NCBI GenBank assembly: GCA_038078615.1
Contig: JBBTWT010000001.1
Location: forward strand, 1-56,427
Direction: 5' to 3'
Origin: Patescibacteria group bacterium
GTDB lineage: Bacteria; Patescibacteriota; Minisyncoccia; Moranbacterales; UBA1568
Length of the DNA stretch: 56,427 bases
Shown here in pieces: positions 1 through 8,493 of the stretch; the first letter of the stretch is position 1; the number at the start of each line of letters is the position of its first letter. The position numbers were made by a program, and so were the translations under genes. Under the pieces are notes generated by a model. That model saw only the letters and a list, made by a program, of their open reading frames with translations. It did no database searches and was not told the DNA's origin.

Positions 1-143
1 TAGGCTATACCAAACAATTGATTAAAGACTGAAATTACCAAGATGATCTCGTAGCGCTCTGGTAATAGGGTGACAAAAAAAAGAGAGACTTCTACACAGT
101 AAGAGCCTCTTTTTTTATTCCTCATTCTCGATTCTAGACTCTC

Positions 144-250
144 TCACGCCACCTTTTCCGCCATGCGGATGCGGCTCATGATCTCGCGGTTCACGATGGC
201 AGCGTCACGGCCGTAGCGCAGGCGCAAGAGTTCCTTGAGCGCATTGGCCA
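144..250 (-). pseudogene. Orphan 3'-terminal fragment of a VirD4/TraG-like ATPase gene (copy of the end of 1258..3744)
   Basis: The minus-strand translation ANALKELLRLRYGRDAAIVNREIMSRIRMAEKVA* matches the last 34 aa of the 828-aa ORF (ANALKELSRLRYGRDAAIVNREIMSRIQMAEKPA*). The frame upstream is closed by TGA at 279-281, so only a ~45-codon relic remains. Confidence 0.7.
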
Positions 251-301
251 TCCATCCCAACATCTGTTCATTCATCACTCATATATTCTTCTCTACCCAC
301 C

Positions 302-339
302 AGTCTTACTTTTCTTGCAATTGCAAGAAAAGTAAGACT
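302..339. repeat. Perfect 38-bp palindrome AGTCTTACTTTTCTTGCAA|TTGCAAGAAAAGTAAGACT, 19 nt downstream of the stop of 358..1050
   Basis: Read directly: 302-320 is the exact reverse complement of 321-339. A second copy of the 26-bp core lies at 1102-1127. Confidence 0.95.
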
Positions 340-357
340 CAGACTATTTTGTTCCAT

Positions 358-1050
358 CTAAAGCAACAAAAACTTTTTTCGCAGTATCTTCTCGTGCAGG
401 ATCCTGTCCGCCGTAATAATCTCTATGTATTTCTGAACCTTGAACGTCTCCGCGATGAACAGCAGCTCGTCTTCGCATTCGTACGGATACGCCCAAACGC
501 TTTTCTGAATCTGGTAGAATCCGAGTTCTTTGATCTTGTTCCGCAGGGCCTCACGAGCACAGTTGTACTTTTTTGGATATGCGGGAATATCGAACATCAG
601 AATTCGCCACTTTCCATCCCATTTTTCTGGCCTCTTGATCTCCACCATATCTATGGAGTATTCCATCAGCCTCTTCTTCCCCTTATTGGTTAGTCTCACT
701 ACCGTTCTTCCGTTTTCCTCTTTTATGACCTCGATGAGCTGTTTCTTTTTCAGGTATTCAAAAGTGTTCGAAATTTGTTTTTTCGAATATTTATTTTTAT
801 AGTTTCGACGACCCCTGCGTCCATGCGTAAAGGCGCCTATCGTTTTCACAAGACCGGGAAGTGTGGCTCCTACGACAGCTATACCGCCCATCGCGATAAA
901 CATCAAAAGGAACTTGATTGTCGTTGCCGATAGACTATCAGACAAGAGAAACGCCTCGATGTTTTCTTCAAACCAACCCGGAATATGCCCTCGTACCCGG
1001 TTGTGTTTCTTGTGTGTTTTACGAATGTTTTTCATGGTTTTTGCCATCAT
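358..1050 (-). CDS. Membrane-anchored winged-helix plus Cas2/PaaX-like domain protein (putative regulator)
   Basis: 230-aa ORF with three parts. There is an N-terminal hydrophobic helix (FLLMFIAMGGIAVVGATLPGLV). A wHTH-like segment follows (KKQISNTFEYLKKKQLIEVIKEENGRTVVRLTNKGKKRL). The C-terminal part, KWRILMFDIPAYPKKYNCAREALRNKIKELGFYQIQKSVWAYPY, follows the beta-alpha-beta pattern of Cas2/PaaX-family domains. The gene is AT-rich relative to its neighbours. Family assignment is by eye only. Confidence 0.6.
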   Translation of the reverse strand: MMAKTMKNIRKTHKKHNRVRGHIPGWFEENIEAFLLSDSLSATTIKFLLMFIAMGGIAVVGATLPGLVKTIGAFTHGRRGRRNYKNKYSKKQISNTFEYLKKKQLIEVIKEENGRTVVRLTNKGKKRLMEYSIDMVEIKRPEKWDGKWRILMFDIPAYPKKYNCAREALRNKIKELGFYQIQKSVWAYPYECEDELLFIAETFKVQKYIEIITADRILHEKILRKKFLLL

Positions 1051-1085
1051 CTTGATTCACGACATTTTTACACATCTCTACCACC

Positions 1086-1114
1086 ATTTTATCAGAATCT
1101 TACTTTTCTTGCAA
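1086..1114 (-). promoter_or_regulatory. Predicted sigma70-type promoter of 358..1050 overlapping the upstream palindrome
   Basis: The minus strand reads TTGCAA (1114-1109), a 17-nt spacer, then TAAAAT (1091-1086), about 36 nt upstream of the ATG at 1050. The -35 hexamer is one half-site of the palindrome centre. Confidence 0.5.
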
Positions 1115-1130
1115 TTGCAAGAAAAGTCAG
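1099..1130. repeat. Second copy of the palindrome (perfect 26-bp core ACTTTTCTTGCAATTGCAAGAAAAGT at 1102-1127)
   Basis: Read directly. Its core is identical to 302-339. It lies 49 nt upstream of the start codon of 358..1050. Confidence 0.9.
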
Positions 1131-1257
1131 GTTGTAGAAGAGGAAGAATGCCGCACCAGGGATACCGCCCTGCTTTTACTGACAACTACACTTAAAAAAT
1201 GATACCGCTCTGGCGATATCATTTCATACGCTTCGTTTGACTACGAATCCAATTTTT

Positions 1258-3744
1258 TTACGCCGGTTTCTCCGCCATCTGGATGCGGCTCATGATTTCG
1301 CGGTTGACGATGGCGGCATCGCGGCCGTAGCGCAGGCGTGACAGCTCCTTCAGAGCGTTGGCCACCGCCTGATCGCCATGCGTCGGCGGATAGGTTATCA
1401 TATTGAAGGGCTTCGTCAGTTCGTTGTTTATGAGCAGGCGCACGAAACAATTATAGTTGTCGACATTCATGATATCGCTCGCCGTAAACACCGGGGCAAG
1501 CTGTTTTTCGAGAAACTCCGCGTCTTCCGGTCCCACCCGGAACGAGACGAGCGACCCGACATTGCCGAAAACCGCTTTGGAGATCTCTTCCTTGAGTTGG
1601 GCGATAAACTGGTGAGCGAGGATGAGCACGAGGCGATACTTGCGCGCCTCGGACAAAATCTGCGCGATAGACGTCGTCGTCACGTTTTGGAACTCGTCGA
1701 GATAGAGATAGAAATCGCGACGCTCTGCTTCCGGAATATCGACGCGCGAGAGCGCCGCCATGAGAATCTTGCCGACGACCACCATACCGAGCAGGCGGGC
1801 ATTGATCTCGCCGATTTTTCCTTTGGAGAGGTTGATGAGGAGGATCTTGCCGCTATCCATGATCTCGCGAAAATCGATGGCGCTCGTCTGCTGGGCGATG
1901 ATCGGTCGCATCATATCGTTCGCGATGAATGTCGTGAGTTTGGACGTGATGTACGGCACCATATTGGCGAGCGCCGCTTCGCCTCCGGCCTTCTCCGCCT
2001 CTTTCAGCCAGAAATCACGGACGATCGGATTGGCACAATGCGAGAGTTTGTAGCGTCGGAACTCCTCGTCGGCCAACACCTTGGGGATCTCCATCAAAGT
2101 CGATCCGCTTTCCGGGTGTTCCATCACCAGAAGCATCGCGTTTCTCATATACTGCTCGAACATCGGGCCGCCGGTCGCCTTCATATCATAGAGCTGATCG
2201 AAGATGCCGATCATCTCGTTGATGACGAACGTCTTCTGTTCCGGATGCGCCGGATCGTACTCGAGCATATTGATGCCGATCGGACGCGCCACGTCCGCGG
2301 GATCGAAAATGATCACGTCTTCGGCGCGCTCCTTCGGAATGGCGGTCAGGATATCCTCGATGGCATCACCATGCGGATCGATGAAGCAGAACCCTTTGCC
2401 GGCACGCGCGTCTTTTTTCGCCATTTCCTGGAGATAATTCGATTTTCCGGTACCGGTCTGCCCGATGACATACATATGCCGGCGGCGATCATTGTCGGTA
2501 ATGCGTATTTCTGTCTTCGCACCGCGATAATCGTTGAAACCGAGCGGTATTCCCTCTGCCGGGATATTGACCGGCGGCGGCGCGGCTCCGGCCTTGAGCC
2601 ATTTGATTTTCGGCGTTTCCGTCGTGGAAATCGGGAAATGGAAAATGCTCGCGATTTCCTCGACTGTCAGTATCATTTCCGTCTCATCATCAAAATTCCG
2701 GAAAATATAATCATACACCGCTCGCTTCTCTTTGACACGTTTTTTCACGCGAAAACCGTTCACTTCCGGGTTCTCGAATTGCCCGAAGGCATTTTCCATA
2801 TGGGCGAGGATTTCCTCCGCTCGCTCCTGGGTGCCTCCGGACGCGATCAGTCGTATATTCGCGCGGAAAGCGCCTTTGCCGGTTTTTGCGTCGATGCTCT
2901 TTACCAACTCCTGTTCTTCCGGTGTCAGAGTGACTGGCGGCTTTTCTTCCCCTGGAGAATGTTTGCCCTTTGTGTCCATCAGTATCTGCGCCACCCCCTT
3001 GCTCACAGCGATGCCAAGCTCATAGAATATCGAGTGATGTCTCGCGTCTTTCAGACGTTTGCCTTCTTGCATTTTCTGAGCGATGCGCTTGCCTTCGCTG
3101 CGCCACGCTGTATCCGCCCGGGCGAGCAACACCTGAATGGCCGCACCTTCCTCAACCGTTTTCAATTTGCTCAAAGCGTTGGAGATTTCGTTCAGCGGAT
3201 CGACATCCACCGTACGATATGTCCGAAGCGGCAACGCGTGGCTGTACCGCAGTTCCAGTGTCGCTACCGCCGTGTGGCTCTCCGGAGAAAAAATCGTATA
3301 ATCAGAAACTTTTTCGATCAACGCGTGAGGGAAAAAACTGTGTATCTGTTTCTCCGCGCTCTCCCGAAAACGTTTCGGCACCGAGAGATAGAAGAATATC
3401 TCCTCGCTCGAAGACGGATTGGCGATTTCGAACACGATCGTCGGCGTATCAAAAAACAACCTCTTGAGAAAATTCCCTTTTGGCTTGAGCACCGTCAGCG
3501 AAGAAAGCAGCTGCTCCATCGCGAGAATCTCCTCTTTCCACGCTTCCGCGTTCTGTTCCCGTCCTTCTGACAGTTCCTTGCGCGTTACCCGGACCATCTC
3601 CAGATCCATATTGACGGACTGATTCACCTGATAGCGAAAACGGAAAAAACTGCGGGTAACCAAAAACGATCCGCTCACGATTGCCACAAACGCAAAAATC
3701 CACGCGAGCGGCACGAGAATAATATTGAAGTCGATACCCGTCAT
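1258..3744 (-). CDS. VirD4/TraG/TraD-like (type IV secretion coupling protein family) P-loop ATPase with N-terminal TM segment
   Basis: 828 aa. It has an N-terminal hydrophobic helix (ILVPLAWIFAFVAIVSGSFLV), Walker A (YVIGQTGTGKSNYL), Walker B (FYLYLDEFQNV) and a RKYRLVLILAHQ sensor-like motif. Confidence 0.65.
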   Translation of the reverse strand: MTGIDFNIILVPLAWIFAFVAIVSGSFLVTRSFFRFRYQVNQSVNMDLEMVRVTRKELSEGREQNAEAWKEEILAMEQLLSSLTVLKPKGNFLKRLFFDTPTIVFEIANPSSSEEIFFYLSVPKRFRESAEKQIHSFFPHALIEKVSDYTIFSPESHTAVATLELRYSHALPLRTYRTVDVDPLNEISNALSKLKTVEEGAAIQVLLARADTAWRSEGKRIAQKMQEGKRLKDARHHSIFYELGIAVSKGVAQILMDTKGKHSPGEEKPPVTLTPEEQELVKSIDAKTGKGAFRANIRLIASGGTQERAEEILAHMENAFGQFENPEVNGFRVKKRVKEKRAVYDYIFRNFDDETEMILTVEEIASIFHFPISTTETPKIKWLKAGAAPPPVNIPAEGIPLGFNDYRGAKTEIRITDNDRRRHMYVIGQTGTGKSNYLQEMAKKDARAGKGFCFIDPHGDAIEDILTAIPKERAEDVIIFDPADVARPIGINMLEYDPAHPEQKTFVINEMIGIFDQLYDMKATGGPMFEQYMRNAMLLVMEHPESGSTLMEIPKVLADEEFRRYKLSHCANPIVRDFWLKEAEKAGGEAALANMVPYITSKLTTFIANDMMRPIIAQQTSAIDFREIMDSGKILLINLSKGKIGEINARLLGMVVVGKILMAALSRVDIPEAERRDFYLYLDEFQNVTTTSIAQILSEARKYRLVLILAHQFIAQLKEEISKAVFGNVGSLVSFRVGPEDAEFLEKQLAPVFTASDIMNVDNYNCFVRLLINNELTKPFNMITYPPTHGDQAVANALKELSRLRYGRDAAIVNREIMSRIQMAEKPA

Positions 3745-3774
3745 TTGTTTTCTGTTTTTTTATCCGTCTTCACT

Positions 3775-4209
3775 TCAGTCTTTCTGTATCAGACCGCGTT
3801 CAAGCAGCCCCGCATACAATTTGTCCGCCAGATCATCATGCACCCGATCCAGAGCATAATAGTCCTGAAGCGAGCGCGCGACTTTGACTGCATACACGAC
3901 ACCTTTTGTCCCGGCCAGATCGAGCAATTGCCGGATCTTGCTTTCTTCGTCGGTGATAGCACCGATACTTTTGGCATCCGAAGCGACGGTATCATCCGCA
4001 TGCGCGCTCGCGGCACTCGCCGAAACGACTTGCGATAGGATCTCGTCATACTTGCCTGCGGACTGTTCAGTCCTGCTCTCGATATGCGCTGCCTTTTCTT
4101 GGGACGACAAAGCATGCACCGCCTCGGCACCATCTTGTTTTTCAGGCAAGGCTTCCGGTGCTTTGCCTTCACTTTCCATTCCCAAAATCTTTTCTTCCGG
4201 CATAATCAT
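3775..4209 (-). CDS. Hypothetical protein
   Basis: 144-aa ORF co-directional with and tightly packed against its neighbours. No recognisable motif. Confidence 0.45.
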   Translation of the reverse strand: MIMPEEKILGMESEGKAPEALPEKQDGAEAVHALSSQEKAAHIESRTEQSAGKYDEILSQVVSASAASAHADDTVASDAKSIGAITDEESKIRQLLDLAGTKGVVYAVKVARSLQDYYALDRVHDDLADKLYAGLLERGLIQKD

Positions 4210-4221
4210 GTGTTCATTATC

Positions 4222-4527
4222 TTACGCTGATTCTCCCGCCATCTCCTCTTTGAATCTCGCTACGACTCCGCGGACGAATACATTGTAACCCGGAACCCGG
4301 CTTTCGAGAAATGTCTCTATTTCCGCCTGCTGGGCGCCGCGGTTGAGGAGCGCTTCATACTCCTTGACTCCCGCATCGCCGATTTTCTCCATCGTTTCGA
4401 GAAAAATGCGCTTGAGGAGCGCTTCCCCCATCTTGGAGAGGAGCGCTTCCTGCTGGTCCCCGGAAATGCCTTCCAGATGAAACGTTTCGATAAGTTCTTT
4501 CTTCAATGCCTCCTGGTCGAGTGCCAT
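4222..4527 (-). CDS. Hypothetical small helical protein
   Basis: 101-aa ORF in the operon context. No recognisable catalytic motif. Confidence 0.5.
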   Translation of the reverse strand: MALDQEALKKELIETFHLEGISGDQQEALLSKMGEALLKRIFLETMEKIGDAGVKEYEALLNRGAQQAEIETFLESRVPGYNVFVRGVVARFKEEMAGESA

Positions 4528-4552
4528 AATGTATGCGTATTATTTTTTTAAA

Positions 4553-7087
4553 TTATTTTGTCGTCGTATACAGGCCGATCCGCTGCCCCGGATTCACGAG
4601 CGGCGCGACTTCGTTCAGATAATCCATAACCGTCGCGTTCGGATTCTCCTTGAAAAAAGCCAGCCTGTCGAACCCGATATCGTTTTTTGACACGCCCTGG
4701 AAAAATTCCGCGAAGTTGGCTATCTGTTCCCTGTCGAGTCCGGTCGTATGCCCGGAAAAAGCTCCCTGCTGGAACAATCTGGCATCAGCCAGGATGTCCC
4801 GCAGCCTCACCTTGCCTATCGCTTCCTTGTCAATCAGCCAATCCTGACCGAAAGAGGCATTTTCCATCCGAAATATCTGCGCGTACCAGTCATCTGCTCG
4901 CTCACCATACAGCGCCATCATTTCTGGCAAGATCCCTCTGGGAGCAATCATCTCCTGACCGAATGTATTCCCCGGAGTTCCCGTTGCCGCCGGTATGCCG
5001 GAGTCAGCGTCCGCCGAGGCGGCATCGGCGGTTTCCGCCTGCAAGATATTATCCGCCACCTCGTTCGTGAGCGTGATATCCGGATTGGCCTGCGAATATG
5101 TCGCGAGCTTCGCATCATTTACAGAGATGCTCGCCATCTGTTCCGGCGAGAGCGCGTTCGCTTGCCCCAACGCCTTTTCCACGAAATCCTGATTGATGCC
5201 GTGTTCTGCAAAATTGATAGTTTCCCCCTCCTGCAACAAAACATCCCCGAACTGATTCTTTATGGCATTGACGAAATGCGTCCTTTGCGCGCCCTCCAGT
5301 CCCAGCTGATCCGCCAGCCTTCCGGAAATTTTCCATACCGAGTCCCCTTTTTGAACGACAGTGTCCTGATTGACAAAGCTACCGATAGCATCAGGCTGTA
5401 TGACACCGGCCTCTGTGTCCGGTGCGATCGGCGGTACGGGTGCTTGCTCTGCCGCTGTCTCAACGCCCGTGTCGACTGCCGCACCAGCCGTTTCTGCCGT
5501 ACTGTGCGGAAGAGACGGAGTATCAGATGCCGTTATCGTTTCGGGAACGGCTGCGGTATCCGAACCAGACACCATTTCGCCGAAACGCTCCTTGACCCAA
5601 TCCACCGCCTCATTACCGCCCCACTGGTTCATCGCGATCTCTGTCAGCCAGCCGGAACCGACAAAGGCGCCGACGGAGAGCGCTCCGGTCTTGTGCAGCA
5701 GCTTCGTCAGTTTCGCGTTCTGGAGCTTCTCGTCGGTCGCGAACACCTTTTTCTTCATCTCCGCATCAAGATGCATGAAGCCTCCTTCGGGAGTTTCCGT
5801 AAACAGTCTCTCGATTTCTTTTTCCGTCTCTTTGATCCGATGCTTTGCCCGAGAACTGTCGAGGAGCGCTTCCGTACCGACCGACATACCGGCGACTCCG
5901 AGGGCTTTCCGTACCCCCACGAGCACTCCGGCCAGGGTGCCGGTAGCCGCACCGCCGGACAGGGCAAGCGCGAGAGCTCCCCCGGCGCAGACCGCGGTGA
6001 TGGCCAATTTTTCCTTCATGGAAAGCTCATTGTATCTTCTCCCCAGGGCTCCGAATGAATCGAGGACTTTCGTCGGCCAGTTCTGCTTCCCCGCCCGGTA
6101 TTCGGTGCGGGCTTCGATGAGATTCACCGGCTCATCCAGATCGAAATACCGTATCATATCGGCCATTTCCTTCTTCCACCCCACCCCATCGCCCGCGCGC
6201 TGCCTGACCGATGCGAGCTGCGCATTCTTCAGATCAACCAGCTTGTTCTGATACTGCGCCTGCCAGTATACCCCATCGCTGTAGTTTCCCTTCTTATTGT
6301 ATTGTTTCTCCTGCCATTCCCGCTCACCTCCCGGAGAAAAAGACTTCCCAAAAAAATTCTTCACTCTCGCCCACGCGTTCGTCTCGTCATAATCCGCCTT
6401 CACATATCCCGCGCGCAGCTCATCCACCTCATTCTTCAGCCGGACGATTTCCAGATCAACCGTTTCTCCCTTTGGTCGTTCCGGAACAACGATCGCCGGT
6501 TCCGGCGTTATCTCTGCCGCATTGCTTATATTTTCTGGCATCACGACCTGTGCCGCTGCGACCGGCGGTACCGGTTTTTCCTGAACGCTCGCCGGCGCAT
6601 CTCCATCGCTCTCCACTATTTTTCGGGGAGCGAAGGGGTTTACTCTGTGGCCTTCATCGGCATCCTTGTTGTCCGGCGGGACCGCCTGAACAATAATAGG
6701 AACAGGAGGTGTCTCAACCACGACCGCCGATTTCACATCGACAATATGCGGCTTGGGTGTTCCGTCTTTTCCCCTCCCCCTGCGTCTGCGTCTGCCTGAG
6801 ATAGTCTGTTTCGGTTCCACTGCAACGGGTTTCTCAACGCCCGCGCTCACCGGCTCAACCGGAGGTTGCTGATCAACGTTCTCAACAACCGGCGCCATAA
6901 ATTTTTCGGCCTGCGCCGCAGCAGCAGAAGCCACCTGCGCCAAAAGCTCCGCAATCGGTACCTCGGGTTTTTGTGTCTCCGCTGCCCTGTCTCCTCCAGT
7001 GCCTGGCACACGCGCAGCATCAACTTTCTCCTGCGCTTGAGCACGGAGTCTGATAGCTTCTCGCTGCAATGATTCCTGCAGGTCCAT
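4553..7087 (-). CDS. Large membrane or secreted hypothetical protein with LysM-like segment
   Basis: The ORF extends to 7129 via a TTG; the first ATG (MDLQESL) is at 7087. It has an Ala/Pro/Val-rich N-terminal half, a hydrophobic stretch (LAITAVCAGGALALALSGGAATGTLAGVLVGV), and a LysM-like segment (VVQKGDSVWKISGRLADQLGL). Confidence 0.55.
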   Translation of the reverse strand: MDLQESLQREAIRLRAQAQEKVDAARVPGTGGDRAAETQKPEVPIAELLAQVASAAAAQAEKFMAPVVENVDQQPPVEPVSAGVEKPVAVEPKQTISGRRRRRGRGKDGTPKPHIVDVKSAVVVETPPVPIIVQAVPPDNKDADEGHRVNPFAPRKIVESDGDAPASVQEKPVPPVAAAQVVMPENISNAAEITPEPAIVVPERPKGETVDLEIVRLKNEVDELRAGYVKADYDETNAWARVKNFFGKSFSPGGEREWQEKQYNKKGNYSDGVYWQAQYQNKLVDLKNAQLASVRQRAGDGVGWKKEMADMIRYFDLDEPVNLIEARTEYRAGKQNWPTKVLDSFGALGRRYNELSMKEKLAITAVCAGGALALALSGGAATGTLAGVLVGVRKALGVAGMSVGTEALLDSSRAKHRIKETEKEIERLFTETPEGGFMHLDAEMKKKVFATDEKLQNAKLTKLLHKTGALSVGAFVGSGWLTEIAMNQWGGNEAVDWVKERFGEMVSGSDTAAVPETITASDTPSLPHSTAETAGAAVDTGVETAAEQAPVPPIAPDTEAGVIQPDAIGSFVNQDTVVQKGDSVWKISGRLADQLGLEGAQRTHFVNAIKNQFGDVLLQEGETINFAEHGINQDFVEKALGQANALSPEQMASISVNDAKLATYSQANPDITLTNEVADNILQAETADAASADADSGIPAATGTPGNTFGQEMIAPRGILPEMMALYGERADDWYAQIFRMENASFGQDWLIDKEAIGKVRLRDILADARLFQQGAFSGHTTGLDREQIANFAEFFQGVSKNDIGFDRLAFFKENPNATVMDYLNEVAPLVNPGQRIGLYTTTK

Positions 7088-7176
7088 AAAATAAATGGTA
7101 TTGAACCGCAGGGCAAGCCCTGCACCCAATCCCTCCGCGGCAAGCCGCGGGGTATTAACCCTTAGTTACTTCTCCT

Positions 7177-7215
7177 CGCTCGGAAACGAAAAATCATTTT
7201 CGTTTCGCTCACTTC
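7177..7215. repeat. Hairpin repeat CGCTCGGAAACGAAA-loop-TTTCGTTTCGCTCACTTC (copy 1)
   Basis: The same flanks and stem with a different loop recur at 22720-22758. This copy lies 28 nt downstream of the PP2C gene stop. Confidence 0.8.
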
Positions 7216-7242
7216 AGAGAAGCAATAAATAATCGCGCTTTT

Positions 7243-8478
7243 TTATTGTACCCGAACGACGAGAATTGTCCTATCATCCGGCTTTCTACGCATATGATCA
7301 TCATCCTGATTCCTCGTTCGCACTGCTTCGATGAACTTTTTCGCGATCTCATCCGGTACTTTTCCTTTATTCCCCCGTAAAATCTCCTCCATCTCATTAT
7401 CAGTCAATGGATCGTGGATACCGTCGGATGAAACAAAAACGATATCCCCACCGGCAACATCAGCGATATACATACGAGGCACAAGCTCCCCGCCGTTATC
7501 ATAGCCCAACGCCTGGTGTATCCGATTTCGCGTACGAAACATTTTTTGCTGTTCTTCAGTCAGGCTTTCCACAGATACGGCATTATTCAGTATCGACTGA
7601 ACCTCTCTCGCACGCGTTTCATCTCCGTCTGCCTCAACCAACATACGCGCACCTCCATCATCCAATGTTATCTGCCGCAGTGCTCCCTGACGAAAGACAT
7701 AGACTCGGCTGTCTCCTGCGTTGCCTACGATGATTTGCTTGCGGCCGTCTTTTTCCTCATGTATGTATGCTATGGAGGCTGTCGTCTGATAGGTTTCGTG
7801 ATTGGTTCCCAGAGAAGCGAGCTCCCTACTCACCTGTATAAGCATATCATGTATGGCACGCTTGATTTCTTCAGCAGTTTTCTGTCCACTGCCCTGTAAC
7901 GCTATAAACATCTCTTCCGCTCTCGTGGCGGTAATACGGGCAGCTTCTGCCCCCTTGGTTGCAGCACTCACTCCATCAAACACGCCGAAGGCGTTTTTAT
8001 CAGGCAGCATGAAATATGCATCATCCCCGTGACGGACATTCTCACATTCCACCGCCATCTCCGTCATTGCTCCGGTTCGTTCCTTGCCTTTTCCCTCATT
8101 TTTCCTATCCGGATCATCGGCTACCATGAGGTAAAGGCTCAAAATGGCGTCTGCCCTATTCTCTCCAAGACCCTGCCCGAGCAAGAAACCGTAGAGTTCT
8201 TGGCGGGTAATATCGGCAACCTGTTTCTTGTGTTTTCCCAGTTTTTTCACATCTCCACGGAAAAAATCTCTGGCGACTTTGTCCAATCCGCTCCGGATCA
8301 GATCCATACCTTCCGAGATCGCCGTGACCATCGCTGGGCTCTCAACCTCGGAGAGAATTTCTATGATCGCGTCTCCTTTTCTCCCGTGCCCTTGGTTTTC
8401 ATCTGTTTCTCCGACAACCCCTGCTGGTTTGGCAAGATCTTTGGATGACATATCTGATTTGTTGGTTTCCGCGCTCAT
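7243..8478 (-). CDS. PP2C-family Ser/Thr protein phosphatase
   Basis: PP2C motifs are present: FGVFDGVSAATKGAEAA, VGNAGDSRVYVF and VFVSSDGIHDPL. Confidence 0.8.
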   Translation of the reverse strand: MSAETNKSDMSSKDLAKPAGVVGETDENQGHGRKGDAIIEILSEVESPAMVTAISEGMDLIRSGLDKVARDFFRGDVKKLGKHKKQVADITRQELYGFLLGQGLGENRADAILSLYLMVADDPDRKNEGKGKERTGAMTEMAVECENVRHGDDAYFMLPDKNAFGVFDGVSAATKGAEAARITATRAEEMFIALQGSGQKTAEEIKRAIHDMLIQVSRELASLGTNHETYQTTASIAYIHEEKDGRKQIIVGNAGDSRVYVFRQGALRQITLDDGGARMLVEADGDETRAREVQSILNNAVSVESLTEEQQKMFRTRNRIHQALGYDNGGELVPRMYIADVAGGDIVFVSSDGIHDPLTDNEMEEILRGNKGKVPDEIAKKFIEAVRTRNQDDDHMRRKPDDRTILVVRVQ

Positions 8479-8493
8479 AGGACATTCAGGCGG

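Noticed and set aside
235-693. 152-aa plus-strand ORF spanning the palindrome and the 3' half of gene 358-1050.
   Set aside because: It is antisense to a much better supported gene, runs through the 38-bp palindrome, and has no motif.
1378-3570. 730-aa plus-strand ORF, and similar long ORFs at 4748-6058, 15822-16712, 20085-21197, 21457-22689, 50130-51956 and 51947-54133.
   Set aside because: These are antisense shadows of clearly identified minus-strand genes (ATPase, holB, mreB, murA, tuf, fusA) in GC-rich DNA. Their translations are Arg/His/Leu-rich with no motifs.
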